Positions 59,570-64,000 of a DNA stretch of 64,000 nucleotides are shown here, piece by piece. The stretch is from Thiotrichales bacterium (GTDB lineage: Bacteria; Pseudomonadota; Gammaproteobacteria; HK1), in contig JAPOSC010000044.1 of the NCBI GenBank assembly GCA_026709935.1, forward strand, positions 1,911-65,910. The letters run 5' to 3'. The notes beneath the pieces are model-generated. The model made no database searches and was not told the origin of the DNA. It saw only the letters and a program-made list of their open reading frames with translations. How positions within the stretch are numbered: the first letter of the stretch is position 1; each line of letters starts with the position of its first letter. The translations under genes and the position numbers were made by a program.

Positions 59570-61311
59570 CAGCCGCCGACCCGATCGGTCAGCCGGCTGG
59601 TCAGATCGACCACGCGCGAGACTTCATCGAGACTCGTCACGCCTTCCCGCACCCGGCGGATACCGTCGTCGGCGAGGGGGCGGAAGCCCCTGCCGTCGGC
59701 TGCCTTCGAGATGTCGAGGGTCGACGCCCCATGGGCGACGAGCTCGTCGAGCTCCGCGTCGAACCGCAGCAGCTCCAGCAATGCGAGTCGACCGCGATAG
59801 CCTTGGTGCTCGCAGCGGTCGCATCCCCGCGGCCGGTACACCGGCGGGGAGTCCGAATGCGGGCCGAGACCGAGGATCCGGCGCTCCAGCCGCGCGGGCT
59901 CGTACGCCTCGCGGCACTGCGAACAGAGTCTGCGCACGAGCCGCTGGCCCACGATGCCGATGATATTGCCGGCCATGACCCCGGGGGAGACCCCGGTCTC
60001 GACGAGGCGCGCGACCGCGCCGGCGGCGGAGTTGGAGTGCAGCGTGGAGTAGACCTGGTGACCGGTCATGGCGGCCCGGAACGCCATCTCCGCCGTCTCC
60101 GCGTCGCGGATCTCGCCGATCAGAATGATGTCCGGGTCCTGTCGCAGCAGGCTCCGCACCCCGCTCGCGAAGGTGAGTCGGGTGGCCTCGTTCGCCGCCG
60201 TCTGGCGGACTCTGCCCATCGGATACTCGACCGGATCCTCCAGGGTCATGATGTTGACCGACTCGGTGTCGAGATGGCTCAACATGGAGTAGAGCGTGGT
60301 GGACTTGCCGCTTCCGGTCGGCCCGGTCACCAGGATGATCCCCTCGGGACGGGCCATCATCAGGCGCAGTTCGGCCAGTGCATCGTCGGCGAGTCCGAGC
60401 CGGTCGAGGGCCACGATGCCCTGGTGCCGGTCGAGCACCCGCAGCACGATGTTCTCGCCGTGGATGGTGGGCAGCGACGAGACCCGGAAGTCGATGTCCC
60501 TCCCCGAGACCGACAGCGAAATCCGCCCGTCCTGCGGTACGCGCCGCTCCGCGATGTTCATCGATGCCATCACCTTGAGCCGCACCGCGATCGCGGCCCA
60601 GTGGTCTCGGTGCAGGCTGCGGATCTGGCGCAACACGCCGTCGATGCGATACCGGATGCGCAGGAACTCGTGCGCGGGCTCGAAGTGGATGTCCGATGCG
60701 CCCCGCCTCACCGCATCCGAGAGGAGCGCATTGACGAGCCGTACCACCGGCTGCCCGTACTCCTCGTTCCCCGTCTCCAGGAGCCGCGCGTCGATTTCGC
60801 CGGTCTCGATTTCCACCAGGATGCCGTCGAGCGACAGCTCGTGCCCGTAGAACTGCTCGATGGCCTTGTCGATCTCCACCTCGCCTGCGAGCACCGCCCG
60901 GATCTCCACCCCCGGGTCGAACAGCGCCCGCACCTGATCCATGGCGACGATGTTGAACGGATCGGTGGTTGCCACCGCGAGCTGTCGTGCCGCCGGGTCC
61001 CAGGTGAGCGCGAGCACCCGGTAACGCCGTGCAGTCTCGCGCGGTACGCGCTTCACGACGTCGCTGTCGATCAGCACCTTCGACAGGTCGACGCTGTCGT
61101 ATCCGAGCACCCCCGCGAGCATGTCGCGGATGACGCCTTCGGTGGCGAACCCGAGACGCACGAGGATGCGGCCGAGCGGCTCGTCCCGGTGCCTTTGCTC
61201 GGTGCGCGCGATCCGCATCTGGTCCTCGCTGACCACCCCCTTCGCGACCAGGACCTGGCCGATGTTCTCGGTGCGTGGGCTGTCGGTGGGGAAGGACACG
61301 TCAGTCCGCAT
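59569..61311 (-). CDS. GspE/PilB/MshE-family assembly ATPase
   Basis: MshEN-like N-terminus; GPTGSGKST, LEDPVEY, LRQDPDIILIGEIRD and CxxC pairs. Confidence 0.93.
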   Translation of the reverse strand: MRTDVSFPTDSPRTENIGQVLVAKGVVSEDQMRIARTEQRHRDEPLGRILVRLGFATEGVIRDMLAGVLGYDSVDLSKVLIDSDVVKRVPRETARRYRVLALTWDPAARQLAVATTDPFNIVAMDQVRALFDPGVEIRAVLAGEVEIDKAIEQFYGHELSLDGILVEIETGEIDARLLETGNEEYGQPVVRLVNALLSDAVRRGASDIHFEPAHEFLRIRYRIDGVLRQIRSLHRDHWAAIAVRLKVMASMNIAERRVPQDGRISLSVSGRDIDFRVSSLPTIHGENIVLRVLDRHQGIVALDRLGLADDALAELRLMMARPEGIILVTGPTGSGKSTTLYSMLSHLDTESVNIMTLEDPVEYPMGRVRQTAANEATRLTFASGVRSLLRQDPDIILIGEIRDAETAEMAFRAAMTGHQVYSTLHSNSAAGAVARLVETGVSPGVMAGNIIGIVGQRLVRRLCSQCREAYEPARLERRILGLGPHSDSPPVYRPRGCDRCEHQGYRGRLALLELLRFDAELDELVAHGASTLDISKAADGRGFRPLADDGIRRVREGVTSLDEVSRVVDLTSRLTDRVGG

Positions 61312-62710
61312 CCGTTCGTGATTCGAGGATGCGGATGCGCTCGCGGACCGCTTCCGTCTCGAAGCCGGTGCGAGTGCCTTGCGCCAGCACGAGCGCCTCC
61401 CGGTACAGCGCGAGCGCGTTCCGGGGCTGCGACAGATGGTCAAGGCCGACTGCGAGGTTGTAGGCGTGGTCCGCGTTGCCGCGCTCGAGGCGATAAGCGC
61501 GGAACCAGGCCCGCTGCGCCTCGGGCCATCGCGACTCGGCGGCGTAGAGGTTGCCCAGGCTGAAGTGCAGGTGTGCGGCCTCCGGCTCGATCCGCAGCAG
61601 TGCCTTCAGACCACTCTCCACGCGCGTCGGATCCCCCTCTGCGATGGCGATGAGGGCGGCGCGGGCGGTGGTGTCGGCGGGGTGGGAGGCGAGGAGGGTC
61701 GTGTAGTGTTCCGCCGCCTCGTCCTGTCGGCCGGCCTGGGCCGCGACTGCCGCGAGCCCCAGCCGGGCGTCGCGGTTGCGAGGCTCGTGTCGGAGCACGG
61801 ACCGATATGCCTGTCCGGCCGCTTCGCCGTCCCCGGCGAGGTACGCCCGGTAGGCGCGTTCGAGCGACTGCGCGACATGATCGGCGTGCGTGCGCTTCGT
61901 GATGACGATGTGGCGGCCGGAGCCGGACGCCATCGCAACCGTCTCGTCCGGCTCTCCCTCCGGCGCGTTGTTCCCGGCGGGCAGTGCTACCGCCTCCGCG
62001 GTTGTCTGCGGGGTCGGGTGTCCTTCACCGCGCGGTGTCGTGGCGAGCATCGGGATGCCTTCGCCGTTCTCCGCCGTCGCGGAGCGGCCGGGAGGATTCC
62101 CGCTTTCGGTTGCTTCTGCCGGCCGGTCCGGGCGGATGCCATCGTCCGGCCCCGCCGCGAAGACGGCGGCGGGATCGTGCGGTGCTGACGCCACGGCCCC
62201 GGTTGGCTCGCGGGCATCTGCCGCGACACTCCCTGCATGCGTCCGAGCCGGCTCCACTGCCGCCTCTTGCCGCGGCGGCAGCCCCCTGACCAGCGCGGGT
62301 CGCGTCAGCTCCGTCTTCCACAGGAAGGCGCCGCCGCCGGCCGCCGCGCCCGCGGCGACGAGCATCGACACCGCGATCCCGATGCCGCGCCCGATGCCGC
62401 GGCTCCCGGGCAGGGACCGGAATCCATCGCGTTCGACCGCACGGGTCCCATCCGCATCGCTTGCGGCGGTGCCGGCGGAATCGGAAGGCATACCTCCGCA
62501 GGCGGCGGGGATGGGGCCCGGAGGCTCCGGTGCGGCGAATTCGGCGCCATGAATGGCCGCATCCACGGCCGCACCGTCCCTCGTTGCCCGCAAAGGGCCG
62601 AATTCTCCCAGCTCATCGGCGGTGCGATCGGTCGATTGATCAGCCGTTCGGGCATCGGCCTCCGGTGGCGGGTTTTCGGCGAGCTTCAGTGCGTGTGTCA
62701 GCGGGTTCAT
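61301..62710 (-). CDS. TPR protein (MshN-like)
   Basis: MNPLTHALKLAE N-terminus, TM, low-complexity linker, C-terminal TPRs (AHLHFSLGNLY, YNLAVGLDHL). Confidence 0.8.
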   Translation of the reverse strand: MNPLTHALKLAENPPPEADARTADQSTDRTADELGEFGPLRATRDGAAVDAAIHGAEFAAPEPPGPIPAACGGMPSDSAGTAASDADGTRAVERDGFRSLPGSRGIGRGIGIAVSMLVAAGAAAGGGAFLWKTELTRPALVRGLPPRQEAAVEPARTHAGSVAADAREPTGAVASAPHDPAAVFAAGPDDGIRPDRPAEATESGNPPGRSATAENGEGIPMLATTPRGEGHPTPQTTAEAVALPAGNNAPEGEPDETVAMASGSGRHIVITKRTHADHVAQSLERAYRAYLAGDGEAAGQAYRSVLRHEPRNRDARLGLAAVAAQAGRQDEAAEHYTTLLASHPADTTARAALIAIAEGDPTRVESGLKALLRIEPEAAHLHFSLGNLYAAESRWPEAQRAWFRAYRLERGNADHAYNLAVGLDHLSQPRNALALYREALVLAQGTRTGFETEAVRERIRILESRTDAD

Positions 62711-64000
62711 GGTTGCTCTCCGACGAGCGGCCGCGGGCCGGCCGATGGATGCGTGGTTCCAGCGGCTCCGGTGGCGTCAGGGAGCCAGGATCGGAAGTCC
62801 CGCAGGTCCGCTTCGACGCTCGGGGTCCGGATGACCCTCGGACGAATGAAGATCACCAGCTCGGTCTTGACGGACTCGCTCTTGCGAAACCGGAACGCGG
62901 CGCCGAATCGGCCCGTGTCCGACAGGCCTGGTATCCGGTCGTTGTCGCCTCGATGGCTGTCCTGCATGAGCCCGCCGAGAATCGCGGTCTGGCCGGAGTT
63001 GAGTCGGAGCACCGACTCCATCTCGCGCACCAGCAGCTCGGGCACCGGGTTGGTGACGCCCGCGGCCGCCAGTTCCGGCTGCGGATCGTTGACGAAGCGG
63101 TTGACGCGCGTGATGGTCGGCCGCACGTTCAGGATGATCTCGTCGGCGTGGCTCACGTGTGGGGTCACTGCGAGCATGATGCCTTCGGGTGCCGTCCGCG
63201 CGTCGGTGTCGATCCTGGCCGTCCCGGGCGTGGTGTCCGTCCCGCTCGCAGTCTCCACGTTCACCTCGAAGTAGACGATGTTGCGCATCGCCTTCAGCAC
63301 CGCGGTCTGGTTGTTCAGCACCACGAGCTTCGGGCTGGAGAGCACCTGCACCCTGCCGAACTCCTCCAGCAGTCGCACCGTCAGCCCCAGCGACCCGCCC
63401 CGGTAGCTCAGCGCGAAGAATGGCGGGGTCTCCAGGTTCCCGGCGAGCAGGCGCTGGCTCGCCCCGATGCCGTCGTTGCGCGCAAGCCGTTCCCAGTCGA
63501 CGCCGGCCTGGAAACGCTCGCTCAGCTCGACCTCGACGATCGTCGTCTCGACGAGCACCTGACGGCGGGCGCTCGCGAGCACGTCGTCGAGATAGGCCTC
63601 GACCTCGCGGTGCCGGCGGGCGGTGGTGCGCACGAGGAGGATCCCCGCCTCCGGGTTCGGGATCACCGCGGCCCCGGCGCCCGGCTCCAGCGCCGCGCCC
63701 GGTCCGGCCGGCGGTGCGCCTTCGGCCTCCGGCGCCGCCGCGCCGCCGGGGTCGGGGTCGTTGCCTTCGAGCACGATCGCGCGCACCGCGGTGGCGATCG
63801 TCTCCCAGAAGCGGTGGCTCGAGAGGCTGTCGATATCGGTGGAGGAGTTGTTGCCGAGGCTCGCCTCTCCCTCGCCTCCGGCCGACACCTGGGTCGCGGT
63901 GGAGCTGCGCGAGCGAACGTCGCGGGCCACGTTGACGTAGTCGATCCGGTAGCTGCGCAGCACCGGAGTGTCGGGCTCGATCACGAGTACGCCGTTGCGG
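62707..64000 (-). CDS. Secretin (MshL/GspD/PilQ family), 5'-truncated by the window edge
   Basis: QVLVETTIVEVELS, LSSPKLVVLNNQ, GQTAILGGL, PGLS and TELVIFIRP motifs. Confidence 0.92.
   Translation of the reverse strand, partial: RNGVLVIEPDTPVLRSYRIDYVNVARDVRSRSSTATQVSAGGEGEASLGNNSSTDIDSLSSHRFWETIATAVRAIVLEGNDPDPGGAAAPEAEGAPPAGPGAALEPGAGAAVIPNPEAGILLVRTTARRHREVEAYLDDVLASARRQVLVETTIVEVELSERFQAGVDWERLARNDGIGASQRLLAGNLETPPFFALSYRGGSLGLTVRLLEEFGRVQVLSSPKLVVLNNQTAVLKAMRNIVYFEVNVETASGTDTTPGTARIDTDARTAPEGIMLAVTPHVSHADEIILNVRPTITRVNRFVNDPQPELAAAGVTNPVPELLVREMESVLRLNSGQTAILGGLMQDSHRGDNDRIPGLSDTGRFGAAFRFRKSESVKTELVIFIRPRVIRTPSVEADLRDFRSWLPDATGAAGTTHPSAGPRPLVGEQP

Noticed and set aside
1012-63935. Many long antisense/alternate-frame ORFs (e.g. 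50937-54239, 10428-13157, 22305-24593, 17208-19415)
   Set aside because: Shadow ORFs of high-GC coding genes; Arg/Pro/Gly-rich with no recognisable motifs
1-64000. Selenoprotein with an in-frame TGA
   Set aside because: Recognised genes appear full length without TGA read-through; small ones cannot be excluded without a SECIS scan

Overview
High-GC proteobacterial chromosome segment; core gene order (miaB-ybeZ-ybeY-corC-lnt, zapA-ssrS-ygfA, pepP-ubiH-ubiI, rpiA/ilvA) looks gammaproteobacterial. The first 38 kb hold a peptide-type ABC importer, housekeeping genes, a sugar-type ABC operon with two strictosidine-synthase-like beta-propellers (one fused to a permease), and a selA-selB-tRNA-Sec cluster. 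From about 38.5 kb to the right edge lies an MSHA/T2SS-like type IV filament locus in two convergent arms: pilins plus a PilGHI/Xap-like ABC exporter on +, and secretin, TPR, ATPase, platform and alignment-like genes on -. The + arm is interrupted by a lower-GC cassette (a large lipoprotein with a TbpB-like C-terminal barrel plus an RHH protein) bounded by related repeats. Between the arms sits a degenerate-ATPase ABC, cNMP-binding and HD-like trio. Notable non-coding structure: duplicated gene 3' ends differing mostly at synonymous sites, a 35-bp palindromic tandem array, and dispersed REP/MITE-like elements. All product calls come from motif recognition by eye; no database searches were run.
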